NCBI GenBank assembly: GCA_025782345.1
Contig: JALGZG010000348.1
Location: 1-38,443 of the forward strand
Direction of reading: 5' to 3'
DNA length: 38,443 nucleotides
DNA from: a bacterium
Lineage (GTDB): Bacteria > Joyebacterota > Joyebacteria > Joyebacterales > Joyebacteraceae
Under the pieces are notes generated by a model. It ran no database searches, had not been told where the DNA came from, and saw nothing but the letters and a program-made list of their open reading frames with translations. Every line of letters begins with the position of its first letter. Positions within the stretch are counted from its first letter, which is position 1. Shown one piece after another: positions 19,470-28,654 of the stretch. The position numbers and the translations under genes are program-made.

Positions 19470-20714
19470 GTGAGGATGTCGATTGTCGTAGTTGCTGTGG
19501 CCCTGTTTATGGCCAGTGTCGCTCCGGCGATGGCCGCGGGTGATTTCGCGGACACGCCGATAACGCTCCACGCTACTGGTACTCCGCTCATGGATATTCT
19601 AACCGTGCTGGCGGAGAAGAGCGGGCTCAACATCGTGGCGAGCACCGACGTTGAGACGAGGGAGATCTCGATCCACCTGACCAACACGCCTGTCGAGGAG
19701 GCCCTGAACCTCATCGTGCGTGCGGCAGGATTAGGCTACGAGCGCATCGGTAACTCAGTGCTCGTCGCACCGCAGCAGCAGCTGACGCAGGATACGGGCT
19801 TCTCGTCGTACGTCATCGAGATCCGGTACGCGGACGCCTTTGAGCTCGTGCCCCTCGTCGAGAAGGTCGCGAACAAGGTCGCGGCGGACCCGGGCGGCAA
19901 CCGGCTCGTGGTCGTGGCGACACCCGGCATGATCGACCAGATTCGGGCGATCGTCGAAGATCTCGACGTGCCTCCCGTGCAGATCATGCTCGAGACGGAG
20001 GTCATCGAGATCGCTACGGACAGAATGGTCGAGCTCGGTATTGACTGGAACAAGATCATGCACCAGACCGTCATCTTCGCCGAGCCGGGGCGCGGCGACC
20101 CGCGCGAGCCGCCGGATGACTCGGGGTACGCCGAGATGCCCGAGAACATGCCTTTCGTCGAGCGCATGCTCAACGCGAACAGTTTCTACCGCCAGGCGAT
20201 GGCGCTCGAGGTCGCGCTGGACCTCCTCGAGCAGGAGGGGGGCGCGAAGGTCCTCAGCAACTCGAAGCTCGCGACCCTCAACAACCGGACGGCCGAGATT
20301 CACATCGGCGACGTCATTCCCTACACGGTGTCCAACCTGACGACCGGCGGCGTCGTTGAAGTCCAGGTGGAGAAGGAGCGGGTGGGCGTATCGGTCACGG
20401 TCACGCCGCGGGCGGCCGGTGACGGTCACATCACCGTCACGGTCGAGCCGAGCGTCAGCACCATCGTCGGGTTCAGAGGTCCGCACGACGAGATCCCGTG
20501 GACGAAGGAGCGGACAGCGAAGACGCAGGTCCGTGTAATGGACGGGCAGACGTTCGTGATCGCCGGTCTCCTGAGTGAGGACGAGACCGAGACCATCACG
20601 AAGGTGCCGCTCCTGGGTGACATCCCGGTTCTGGGCTACCTCTTCAGGCGCACGGCCACGCAGGTCAAGAGATCCGACCTTCTGATCAAGATCACACCGC
20701 GCATAATTCCGTAA
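19470..20714 (+). CDS. Outer-membrane secretin (PilQ/GspD family), short form
   Basis: Signal peptide, QIMLETEVIE, LGIDW, LATLNNRTAEIHIG, DGQTFVIAGL, KVPLLGDIPVLGYLFR, ITPRII. Confidence 0.93.
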   Translation: MRMSIVVVAVALFMASVAPAMAAGDFADTPITLHATGTPLMDILTVLAEKSGLNIVASTDVETREISIHLTNTPVEEALNLIVRAAGLGYERIGNSVLVAPQQQLTQDTGFSSYVIEIRYADAFELVPLVEKVANKVAADPGGNRLVVVATPGMIDQIRAIVEDLDVPPVQIMLETEVIEIATDRMVELGIDWNKIMHQTVIFAEPGRGDPREPPDDSGYAEMPENMPFVERMLNANSFYRQAMALEVALDLLEQEGGAKVLSNSKLATLNNRTAEIHIGDVIPYTVSNLTTGGVVEVQVEKERVGVSVTVTPRAAGDGHITVTVEPSVSTIVGFRGPHDEIPWTKERTAKTQVRVMDGQTFVIAGLLSEDETETITKVPLLGDIPVLGYLFRRTATQVKRSDLLIKITPRIIP

Positions 20715-20757
20715 GCGCGCGGCAGGAAACCGGCACGGCCGGCGACTGAGGTTCACG

Positions 20758-20793
20758 AGGGGGCTCGCGACGCGGGCCCCCTTCCTCTATTAT
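20758..20793 (+). terminator. Putative intrinsic terminator of the pilus cluster
   Basis: AGGGGGCTCGC-GAC-GCGGGCCCCCT stem followed by the T-rich tail TCCTCTATTAT. Confidence 0.55.
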
Positions 20794-20867
20794 GGTGGGC
20801 GGTTCGCCGAGGCGTGCCCGGCGGGTCGGATGGTGGGCGGTTCGCCGAGGCGTGCCCGGCGGGTCGG
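20792..20867. repeat. Exact 38-bp tandem duplication
   Basis: ATGGTGGGCGGTTCGCCGAGGCGTGCCCGGCGGGTCGG at 20792-20829 and 20830-20867. Confidence 0.95.
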
Positions 20868-20904
20868 CGCCCGACCGGGCGCCGACGCACGTCGGACTCG
20901 TGGC

Positions 20905-20933
20905 TGGCGTGCCATTCCCCTTTCCGCTATAAT
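20905..20933 (+). promoter_or_regulatory. Putative sigma-70 promoter for trxB
   Basis: Perfect TATAAT at 20928-20933 in GC-rich DNA; weak -35 (TGGCGT) 17 nt upstream. Confidence 0.5.
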
Positions 20934-20975
20934 ATGTCCTTGATTGACTCCCAGACTCGGACACAGGAGTCGGAT

Positions 20976-21810
20976 ATGGAGAAGTACGACGTCATCGTGA
21001 TCGGAGCGGGACCGGCCGGTCTGACGGCCGGCATCTACGCGGGCCGGGCGAGGCTCAGAACGCTGGTTCTCGAGGGAATGATGCCCGGTGGACAGGTTGT
21101 CGTCACCTCGCACATAGAAGACGGCGCCGGTAACCTCGATCGAGAGCAGGGGAGACGGCTTCGTCGTGAGCGCCGGTTCGGAAACGTTCGAGTCCCGCTC
21201 GGTGATAGTGGCGACAGGGACGGCTTACAAGAAGCTTGGCGTTCCCGGCGAGGAGGAGTTCCTGGGCAGAGGCGTGTCCTACTGCGCGACCTGCGACGGG
21301 CCGTTCTACAAGGGCCTTGAGATCGCCGTGGTTGGTGGTGGCGACAGCGCGCTGCAGGAAGCTCTGTACCTCACGACCTTTGCGGCGAAGATCTATCTCA
21401 TACACCGCCGCGACGGGTTCCGGGCGGTGCCCATTCTCCGGGAGCGCGTTCAGAAGCACGAGAAGATCGAGTGCTTCTGCAGCTGTGTGGTCGAGCGTAT
21501 CAACGGCGCCGGTGGTGTCGAGTCCATCGATCTCAAGAACGTGAAGACCGGGGAGCGGATGACTCATCCGGTCGCAGGCGTGTTCCTCTTCGTCGGGCTC
21601 GAGCCGAAGACCGAGTTCCTGGGCGGCATCATCGATACGGCGCCGGACGGGTTCATACTGACAGACAACGACATGAAGACGAACGTCAGGGGCATTCTTG
21701 CGGCGGGCGACTGTCGTTCGAAGCTGCTGAGACAGATTTCTACGGCCGTCGGAGACGGCGCGACCGCGGCTTTCGCCGCGCAGTGCCTCGTCGAAGATGA
21801 CCAGTGGTAG
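20976..21810 (+). pseudogene. trxB: Thioredoxin reductase, internal deletion with frameshift near 21117
   Basis: First frame [28 protein letters not shown]; second frame [35 protein letters not shown]. The conserved NYPG segment is absent. Confidence 0.85.
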
Positions 21811-21854
21811 CGACCGGCTCGCGTGCGTGCGGTCGGAGCAGAGGAGGTGCACTC

Positions 21855-23297
21855 ATGAAGGAGCTGCTCAAGGAAGTAGTGGCCTCGCTTCGCAAGAAGG
21901 GCGTGGACTACGCCGACGCCAGGCGGGTTCGCACAACGACGGAGCTTCTCGTCATGAAGAACGGCGAGATGGAAACGGGCTCCGTCACCGAGTCAGAGGG
22001 CTTCGGCATCCGAGTTCTGGACGGGGGAGCGTGGGGTTTCTCCTCGAGTTCGGACACAACGCCGGGAGCGGTGGCGGAGGTCGCCGAGCAGGCTCTGGCC
22101 ATCGCGAGGGCGAGCGGACGCGTCGGGGACTCCAGGGTGATCCTCGACGGTCAGGAGACCGTCGTCGACGTCTACAAGAACGAGGTTTCGGAGAACCCCT
22201 TTTCTGTGCCGCTGACCGAGAAGCTCAACATACTGGCTAGATCGTGCGAGGGTATGTCGAAGGCCCCCGAGGTCCGGTTCGCCACCGCCTCGATGATGAG
22301 CTTCAGGAACGACAAGCTCTTCGTGAACACGGAGGGCAGTGACATCGAGCAGACCATCATCGAGACCGGCGGCGGCATCGCCGCGACGGCGATGGAGGGA
22401 GGCGAGCGGCAGACGAGGTCGTACCCGGCGAGCTTCCGCGGTGACTACGCGACTTCCGGGTTCGAGTTCACTCGTTCTCTCGACCTTCCGGGTCACGCTG
22501 AGAAGACAGGACGCGAGGCGGTGGAGCTTCTCCGAGCCGACGAGTGTCCGTCCCGGAACACCACACTGATCATCGGGGGAACCCAGCTGGCGCTGCAGGT
22601 CCACGAGTCGTGCGGGCACCCCATCGAGCTGGACCGCGTGTTCGGGACGGAGGCGTCCTACGCCGGTACGAGCTTCCTCGGTGTCGACAAGCTCGGTGAG
22701 TTCCGGTACGGGTCCGACATCGTCAACATTGTGGCGGACGCTACCGCGCCCGGCGGACTGGGCTCGTTCGGCTACGACGACGAAGGAGTGCCCGCTCAGC
22801 TCACGGACATTGTCCGTGAGGGCGTCTTCTGCGGGTATCTGATGAGCCGCGAGACGGCGCCCCGGATCGGGCTTCGCAGCAACGGCGCGATGCGCGCGGA
22901 TGGGTGGGGCCGCATCCCCCTGGTACGCATGACTAACATCAGCCTGCTGCCGGGGCAGGGGACGCTCGAGGACATCATCGCGGACACGGAGGACGGCATC
23001 TTCATCGATTCCAACAAGAGCTGGAGCATCGACCAACAGCGGCTGAACTTCCAGTTTGGCTGCGAGATCGCGTGGGAGATCAAGAACGGCCGACTCGGCC
23101 GCATGCTCAAGAACCCGGTCTATACCGGCATCACGCCCGAGTTCTGGGGCTCGTGTGACGCGATCGCGGGTGAGGACGAGTGGCACATCTGGGGCATCCC
23201 GAGCTGCGGCAAGGGCGAGCCGGGCCAGACGGCACACGTCGGGCACGGGACGTCTCCTGCGAGGTTCCGAGGCGTTGAAGTGGGGGTGAAAAAATGA
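21855..23297 (+). CDS. tldD: TldD family metalloprotease
   Basis: GFGIRV..GAWGF, HESCGH metal motif, YDDEG, RMTN, CGKGEPGQ. ATG after GAGGAGG. Confidence 0.93.
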   Translation: MKELLKEVVASLRKKGVDYADARRVRTTTELLVMKNGEMETGSVTESEGFGIRVLDGGAWGFSSSSDTTPGAVAEVAEQALAIARASGRVGDSRVILDGQETVVDVYKNEVSENPFSVPLTEKLNILARSCEGMSKAPEVRFATASMMSFRNDKLFVNTEGSDIEQTIIETGGGIAATAMEGGERQTRSYPASFRGDYATSGFEFTRSLDLPGHAEKTGREAVELLRADECPSRNTTLIIGGTQLALQVHESCGHPIELDRVFGTEASYAGTSFLGVDKLGEFRYGSDIVNIVADATAPGGLGSFGYDDEGVPAQLTDIVREGVFCGYLMSRETAPRIGLRSNGAMRADGWGRIPLVRMTNISLLPGQGTLEDIIADTEDGIFIDSNKSWSIDQQRLNFQFGCEIAWEIKNGRLGRMLKNPVYTGITPEFWGSCDAIAGEDEWHIWGIPSCGKGEPGQTAHVGHGTSPARFRGVEVGVKK

Positions 23298-24646
23298 TCA
23301 CCAAGGACGCACTGCAGGCGCTCCTGAGGGAGTCCCTGAAGAACTCCCCGGCCGACGAGACGGAACTCGTGGGCTACGTGAACTCGACCTCTCTGACTCG
23401 GTTCGCGAAGTCCGCCATCCACCAGAATGTCAGGGAGGACAACAGCAGTATCTTCGCGCGTGTGGCGCTGGGGAAGCGCCTCGGCGTCGCTTCAACGAAC
23501 CGTCTGACGCCTGCAGCCATCCGATTGGCCATGGAGAAGGCGACATCAATGGCGAAGGAGAGCCCCGAGCAGAGCGATTTTCCGGGACTCCCGAAGGCTG
23601 CGCCGGCCGCCGAAGTGGCCGCCTACTCTGCTGCGACGGCCTCGATGACACCGGACGAGCGCGCGGACGCCGTGGGCAGGGCCGCGGCGGTGGCGGCGAC
23701 GGGCGGAGTTCTGGTGTCGGGTGCATACCGCGTCGGCAAGCTGTCCATGGCCGTCGCCAATACGAGCGGAACCGAGCAGTACTACGATGCGACCGACGCG
23801 TATCTGTCGATCTTCGCCACTGACGACGACGGCATCAGCGGCTCGGCCGCCGACTACGCCATCGACGTGGGTGACATCGACACGGAGGCGCTCGCGCGCG
23901 TCGCGGTAGAGAAGTGCAAGGCGGCGGCGAACCCGGTCGGCATCGACGCGGGCAACTACGACGTCATCCTGGAACCGCGTGCCACCGGCGAGATCATGGA
24001 ATGGCTCAACTTCACGGCGTTCGGTGCGAAGCAGGTGCACGAGGGCATGAGCTTCATGACGGACCGCATCGGCGAGAAAGTCATGGGCGACCTCGTCACC
24101 ATCTACGACGACGGTACGGACACCACCGGTGTTCCCATTCCGTTCGATTTCGAGGGAGTGCCGAAGCGCAAGGTCACTATCATCGAGAACGGAGTGGCGC
24201 GTGGACCCGTCTACGATTCGGTGACAGCCGCGAAGGACGGCGTCGAGTCGACTGGGCACGGCAGCCTGTCGGTCTTCCGGGGCGGCCCGGGTTGCAGCAA
24301 TCTGTTCATAGCTGGGGGAGACGCGGAGTTCGATGACCTGCTCGCCGCTGTGAAGCGCGGGCTTCTCGTCACGAGGTTCCACTACATCAACGGGCTTCTG
24401 GATACCAGGAAGGCGCTCTTCACGGGTATGACCCGCGACGGGACCTTCCTGATCGAGAACGGGAAGATCACGAAGGCCGTCAAGAACCTCCGCTTCAACG
24501 ACAGCATGCTCAGGGCTTACTCCAACGTGGAGGCCGTGACGCAGAAGCGCGGTGTCGCGGGGCGGAACTGGGGTGGCATCGGCTCGATAACGGCCCCGAG
24601 CGTCCTGATCCGCGACTTCAAGTTCACGGGAACGACGGAGTTCTAG
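23294..24646 (+). CDS. pmbA: TldE/PmbA family protein
   Basis: TRFA..IHQN, YDVILEP, PFDFEGVP, TGMTRDGTFLIENG; lacks HExxH; overlaps the tldD stop. Confidence 0.85.
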   Translation: MITKDALQALLRESLKNSPADETELVGYVNSTSLTRFAKSAIHQNVREDNSSIFARVALGKRLGVASTNRLTPAAIRLAMEKATSMAKESPEQSDFPGLPKAAPAAEVAAYSAATASMTPDERADAVGRAAAVAATGGVLVSGAYRVGKLSMAVANTSGTEQYYDATDAYLSIFATDDDGISGSAADYAIDVGDIDTEALARVAVEKCKAAANPVGIDAGNYDVILEPRATGEIMEWLNFTAFGAKQVHEGMSFMTDRIGEKVMGDLVTIYDDGTDTTGVPIPFDFEGVPKRKVTIIENGVARGPVYDSVTAAKDGVESTGHGSLSVFRGGPGCSNLFIAGGDAEFDDLLAAVKRGLLVTRFHYINGLLDTRKALFTGMTRDGTFLIENGKITKAVKNLRFNDSMLRAYSNVEAVTQKRGVAGRNWGGIGSITAPSVLIRDFKFTGTTEF

Positions 24647-24751
24647 AGGGTTCTGCAATTCGGGGGCGCGCCGGTTCAACGCGCGCGCCCTATGCACAAT
24701 CTAAGTGCTCTGGATAGAAGCGGCGGACCACGGAAGGAAGGAGGGTGCTTC

Positions 24752-25738
24752 GTGTACGCGGACATCAAGGCCATCGGTGAGCGCATAGAGCGTGAGAGCG
24801 GGTTCGTGAGCGCTCTTCTGTCGGAAATGGACAAGGTCATCGTCGGCCAGAGGTACATGGTCGAGCGGCTGCTCATCGGTCTTCTGGCCGGCGGCCACGT
24901 GCTCATCGAGGGAGTCCCCGGTCTCGCCAAGACCCTTGCCGTGCGGGCGCTCGCGGCTGCGGTAGAGACGAAATTCCAGCGCATCCAGTTCACGCCGGAC
25001 CTCCTGCCCGCCGACCTCATCGGCACGCTCGTGTACATGCCGTCCACGGGCGAGTTCACCACGAAGAAGGGGCCCATCTTCTCCAATCTGATCCTGGCGG
25101 ATGAGATCAACCGCGCGCCCGCCAAGGTGCAGAGCGCGCTTCTCGAGGCGATGCAGGAGCGCCAGGTGACCATCGGGCAGGAGACGTTCAAGCTCGAAGA
25201 GCCTTTTCTGGTACTGGCTACGCAGAACCCGATCGAGCAGGAGGGAACGTACCCTCTTCCCGAGGCGCAGGTCGACCGCTTCATGATGAAGCTCAAGGTC
25301 GGCTACCCGTCCAGGGACGAGGAACTCGAGATCATGAACAGGATGGCGGGGGGGAAGGAGCCCGTGGCGTCACCCGTCGTCAAACCCGAGACCATTCTCG
25401 CGGCCCGCGACCTCGTGACAGAGATCTACGTGGACGAGAAGATCAAGCAGTACATCCTCGACATCGTGTTTGCCACGCGGGAGCCGTCCGAGTTCGGGCT
25501 CGACCTCGATGCGCTGATCGCCTACGGAGGTTCACCTCGGGCGTCGCTCTATCTGTCACTGGCCGCCAGGGCGCACGCGTTTCTCGAGCGCCGGGCGTAC
25601 GTGACTCCCGAGGACATCAAGGCCATCGCCATGGATGTTCTCAGGCACCGCGTGATCATCACGTACGAGGCCGAGGCCGAGGAACTGACCTCGGAGGACA
25701 TCGTTCAGCGGATCCTCGACAGCGTCGAGGTCCCGTAG
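24752..25738 (+). CDS. moxR: MoxR family AAA+ ATPase
   Basis: HVLIEGVPGLAKT, RIQFTPDLLPAD, LADEINRAPAKVQSALLEAMQE, ATQNPIEQEGTYPLPEAQVDRF. GTG start after AGGAGG. Confidence 0.96.
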   Translation: MYADIKAIGERIERESGFVSALLSEMDKVIVGQRYMVERLLIGLLAGGHVLIEGVPGLAKTLAVRALAAAVETKFQRIQFTPDLLPADLIGTLVYMPSTGEFTTKKGPIFSNLILADEINRAPAKVQSALLEAMQERQVTIGQETFKLEEPFLVLATQNPIEQEGTYPLPEAQVDRFMMKLKVGYPSRDEELEIMNRMAGGKEPVASPVVKPETILAARDLVTEIYVDEKIKQYILDIVFATREPSEFGLDLDALIAYGGSPRASLYLSLAARAHAFLERRAYVTPEDIKAIAMDVLRHRVIITYEAEAEELTSEDIVQRILDSVEVP

Positions 25739-25752
25739 CGGGTTCCGTATAG

Positions 25753-26658
25753 ATGATTCCCCAGGAAATACTCAAGAAAATTCGTCGTATTGAGATCCGA
25801 ACCAGGCGGCTCGTGGCCGACGTTTTCTCGGGCGAGTACCACAGCGTGTTCAAGGGCCGCGGTATCGAGTTCACCGAGGTGCGCGAGTACCTGCCTGGCG
25901 ACGACATCCGGTCGATAGACTGGAACGTCACGGCCCGGACGGGGCATCCCTACGTCAAGAAGTTCGAAGAGGAACGCGAACTGTCCATCATGTTCGTGGT
26001 CGATGCGAGCGGCTCCGGCGCGTTCGGATCGGTCAGGCGGTTCAAGGCGGAGCTGGCGGCCGAGATGTGCGCCGTGCTTGCGTTCTCCGCGACGCGGAAC
26101 AACGACCGCGTCGGGCTCGTGATGTTCAGCGACCGCATCGAGAAGGTCGTTCCTCCCCAGAAGGGGAGGCGGCACGTGCTGCGCGTCGTGCGTGAGCTTC
26201 TCTATTCGGAGCCCGAGGGTACGGGAACGGACATTCCGATGGCGCTCGACTACCTGGCGAACATCGTGCGCAGGCACGCCATCGTCTTTCTCGTGAGCGA
26301 CTTCCAGACCGGCGGCTTTGACAGGGCGCTCGCGGTCGCGAACCGGCGCTACGACCTCATTGCGATCGACGTCTCCGACCCGCGTGAGCGGGAGCTGCCG
26401 CGTGTCGGTCTGGTCGAGCTCGAGGACGCGGAGACGGGCGAGCGCGTTGTGGTGGACACGGGCGACAGACGCTTCGTGGAACGCTTTGCGCGGGAGATCG
26501 AAAGACAACGGTCGGAGAAGGAACGGACGTTCAGACGACTGGGCGTCGATCGCATCGCGGTGTCGACCGACAAGCCGTACGTGGAGCCGCTGGAGCGCTT
26601 CTTCCGGATGAGAGCAAGACGCGCGGGGCCACTGGTCGCCACGCGGGGGAGGCAATAG
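25753..26658 (+). CDS. DUF58 domain protein (vWA-like MoxR partner)
   Basis: FKGRGIEF.EVREY.PGDDIRSIDWNVTAR, EEERE, DASGS, LVSDF. Confidence 0.92.
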   Translation: MIPQEILKKIRRIEIRTRRLVADVFSGEYHSVFKGRGIEFTEVREYLPGDDIRSIDWNVTARTGHPYVKKFEEERELSIMFVVDASGSGAFGSVRRFKAELAAEMCAVLAFSATRNNDRVGLVMFSDRIEKVVPPQKGRRHVLRVVRELLYSEPEGTGTDIPMALDYLANIVRRHAIVFLVSDFQTGGFDRALAVANRRYDLIAIDVSDPRERELPRVGLVELEDAETGERVVVDTGDRRFVERFAREIERQRSEKERTFRRLGVDRIAVSTDKPYVEPLERFFRMRARRAGPLVATRGRQ

Positions 26659-26663
26659 AGCGT

Positions 26664-27761
26664 ATGCGAGTGATCCTGCTCTGTGTGTCTCTTGTGGTCG
26701 CGCTGTGGCCGCCTGCTCTGTCCTTTGCGGACGAGAGCGCCGAACCGGCGCCGGCCGAGGAGGTGCGGGCCCAGCCGGTCAGGATCACGGTGTCCGTCGA
26801 GCCCGCCGTGGCCACGGTCGGGGACAGGCTGCATCTCCGGATCGATGTCGACCGGGCGAACGGTGTCACCGTGGCGCTTCCGGACGTCGTCGCGGGTGTC
26901 GCGCCTTTCGAGGTGCTGGACGCCGTCATAGCGGAGCCGGTGCACGGGAGTGACCGCACGGTCGAGAGGCGGGACTACATCATCGCGGCGTTCGAGACGG
27001 GTGAGCTCTACGTTCCGGCCCTCGCGTTCGAATACGTGACCGCGGACGGGGACACGGGCGTGGCGTTCGGCGAGTCGCTTGCCGTGACCATCGAAAGCGT
27101 GCTGCCGGAGGTTCGCGAGGACGAGGAGGTCGGCCCCAGAGACATCAAGCCGCCGGTCGAGCTGCCGCGCCGAGTCTGGCCGTTCATCGTCACGGCGCTG
27201 ACCGTGGCCGTGGTCGCGGCCGGCTTCTACTTCGTGCGCAAGTGGCTGCGGAGCCGAACATCGGAGCCCGCTCCAGAGGTGGTGGAGGAGCCGCCCGTGC
27301 CGCGCATTGCCGCCCACGTGGTCGCTATGGAGAGACTGGACGCGCTCGAGCGCGAGGACCCCATCGGGCGCGGCGAGATTCAGAGATTCTACGTGCGTGC
27401 GACCGAGATAGTCAGGCTCTATTTGAGAGACCGCTTCGGAGTGGACGCCATCGATATGACGACGAATGAGCTTCCACCTGCGATGCGCGCGGCCCGTATC
27501 GATGGGAGTGAGATCGGGTGGAGCGAGGGGTTCCTGCTTCACGCGGACCTCGCGAAGTTCGCTCGTCACGTCCCCTCGGAGGAACGCGCCCGGTCCGACT
27601 TCGCGGAGGCCAGGGAGTTCGTCGAGCGCACGAGGCTGCGCGGGGAGGCCGTCGTGGATGGTGGCGGAGACGGCGGCGCGGGTACCGGCAGCGCCGGCGG
27701 CGCCGGTGGGAGCGAGGGTGAGCCGACCGTGGGTGGCGGAGACGGGGAGGTGACGCCGTGA
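26664..27761 (+). CDS. Bat-operon membrane protein (signal peptide, Ig-like domain, one TM helix)
   Basis: Signal peptide, TVGD strand, RDIKPP before the TM helix, IVRLYLRDRF..MTTNE cytoplasmic motif; conserved position between DUF58 and batA. Confidence 0.7.
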   Translation: MRVILLCVSLVVALWPPALSFADESAEPAPAEEVRAQPVRITVSVEPAVATVGDRLHLRIDVDRANGVTVALPDVVAGVAPFEVLDAVIAEPVHGSDRTVERRDYIIAAFETGELYVPALAFEYVTADGDTGVAFGESLAVTIESVLPEVREDEEVGPRDIKPPVELPRRVWPFIVTALTVAVVAAGFYFVRKWLRSRTSEPAPEVVEEPPVPRIAAHVVAMERLDALEREDPIGRGEIQRFYVRATEIVRLYLRDRFGVDAIDMTTNELPPAMRAARIDGSEIGWSEGFLLHADLAKFARHVPSEERARSDFAEAREFVERTRLRGEAVVDGGGDGGAGTGSAGGAGGSEGEPTVGGGDGEVTP

Positions 27762-28643
27762 CCAGGCTCGCGAACCCCGCCCTGCTGTTCCTGCTGCTGC
27801 TCGTTCCGCTCTATGTGTTCGTGGAACTACGGTACAGGCGTGGCAGGAGACCGGCCGTACGATTCCCGGACGTCGCGGTGGCGAAGCAGGTCTCCGGAAC
27901 ACTGGTTCACTGGAAGCGCTACTTGAGGATGGCGATGCGCGCGCTCGTGCTCACCCTGCTGGTGTTCGCGCTGGCGCGGCCGCAGGCGGGCAGCGGGACC
28001 GAGTCGGTTCTGTCCGAGGGCATCGACATCGTGCTGGCCATCGACGTGTCCGGCAGCATGAAGGCGGAGGACTTCAAGCCGAAGAATCGCCTCGCCGTGG
28101 CGAAGGAGGTCGTGGCCGACTTCATCATTGGACGGACGAGCGACCGCATCGGCATGGTGGTATTCGCGGCGGACAGCTTCACTCAGTGCCCGGCTCAGGG
28201 AGAGCGACGCGGAGAGCAGGGTCGTCATCCTCCTGACCGACGGCAGGAGCAACGCGGGCGAGATCGACCCCATCACGGCCGCGCAGGCGGCTGCCGCGTT
28301 GGACATCAAGATCTACACGATCGGCGCGGGCACGCCGGAGGGCGGGCTGGTTCCCGTCGATGACCCCATTCGCGGACGGAGGTATCTGCGCGTGGAGAAC
28401 GATATCGACGAAGAAACGCTGCAGAAGATCGCATCGCTGACCGGCGGGCGCTACTTCCGGGCCACCAGCGAAGGGATGCTCGCGACCATCTACGAGCGGA
28501 TCGGCGAGCTGGAGAAGACGAAGATAGAGGTGAAGCACTTCACGACGTACGAGGAGCTGGCTCCGAGGTTGATGCTCATGGCCCTGGTGGTGCTGCTGCT
28601 TGAATTGCTGGCGGGTGCGACCATTTCGAGGGGACTGCCCTAG
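27758..28643 (+). pseudogene. batA: BatA vWA-domain protein, internal deletion with frameshift near 28190
   Basis: First frame ALARPQ..DVSGSM..NRL..DRIGMVVF..FTQCP; second frame RLRES..ILLTDG..KIYTIG..TGGRYFRA. The LTLDY..GT segment is missing. Confidence 0.85.
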
Positions 28644-28654
28644 GGGAGGAAACC

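Noticed and set aside
20792-20867. 38-bp repeats as a CRISPR array
   Set aside because: Only two directly adjacent copies, no spacer and no cas genes.
9026-20900. Pilus cluster as a mobile island
   Set aside because: No integrase, transposase, tRNA target or flanking direct repeats seen.
24664-24690. GGGCGCGC..GCGCGCCC hairpin between pmbA and moxR as a terminator
   Set aside because: 8-bp GC stem with no U-tract; plausible but not distinguishable from chance at this GC content.
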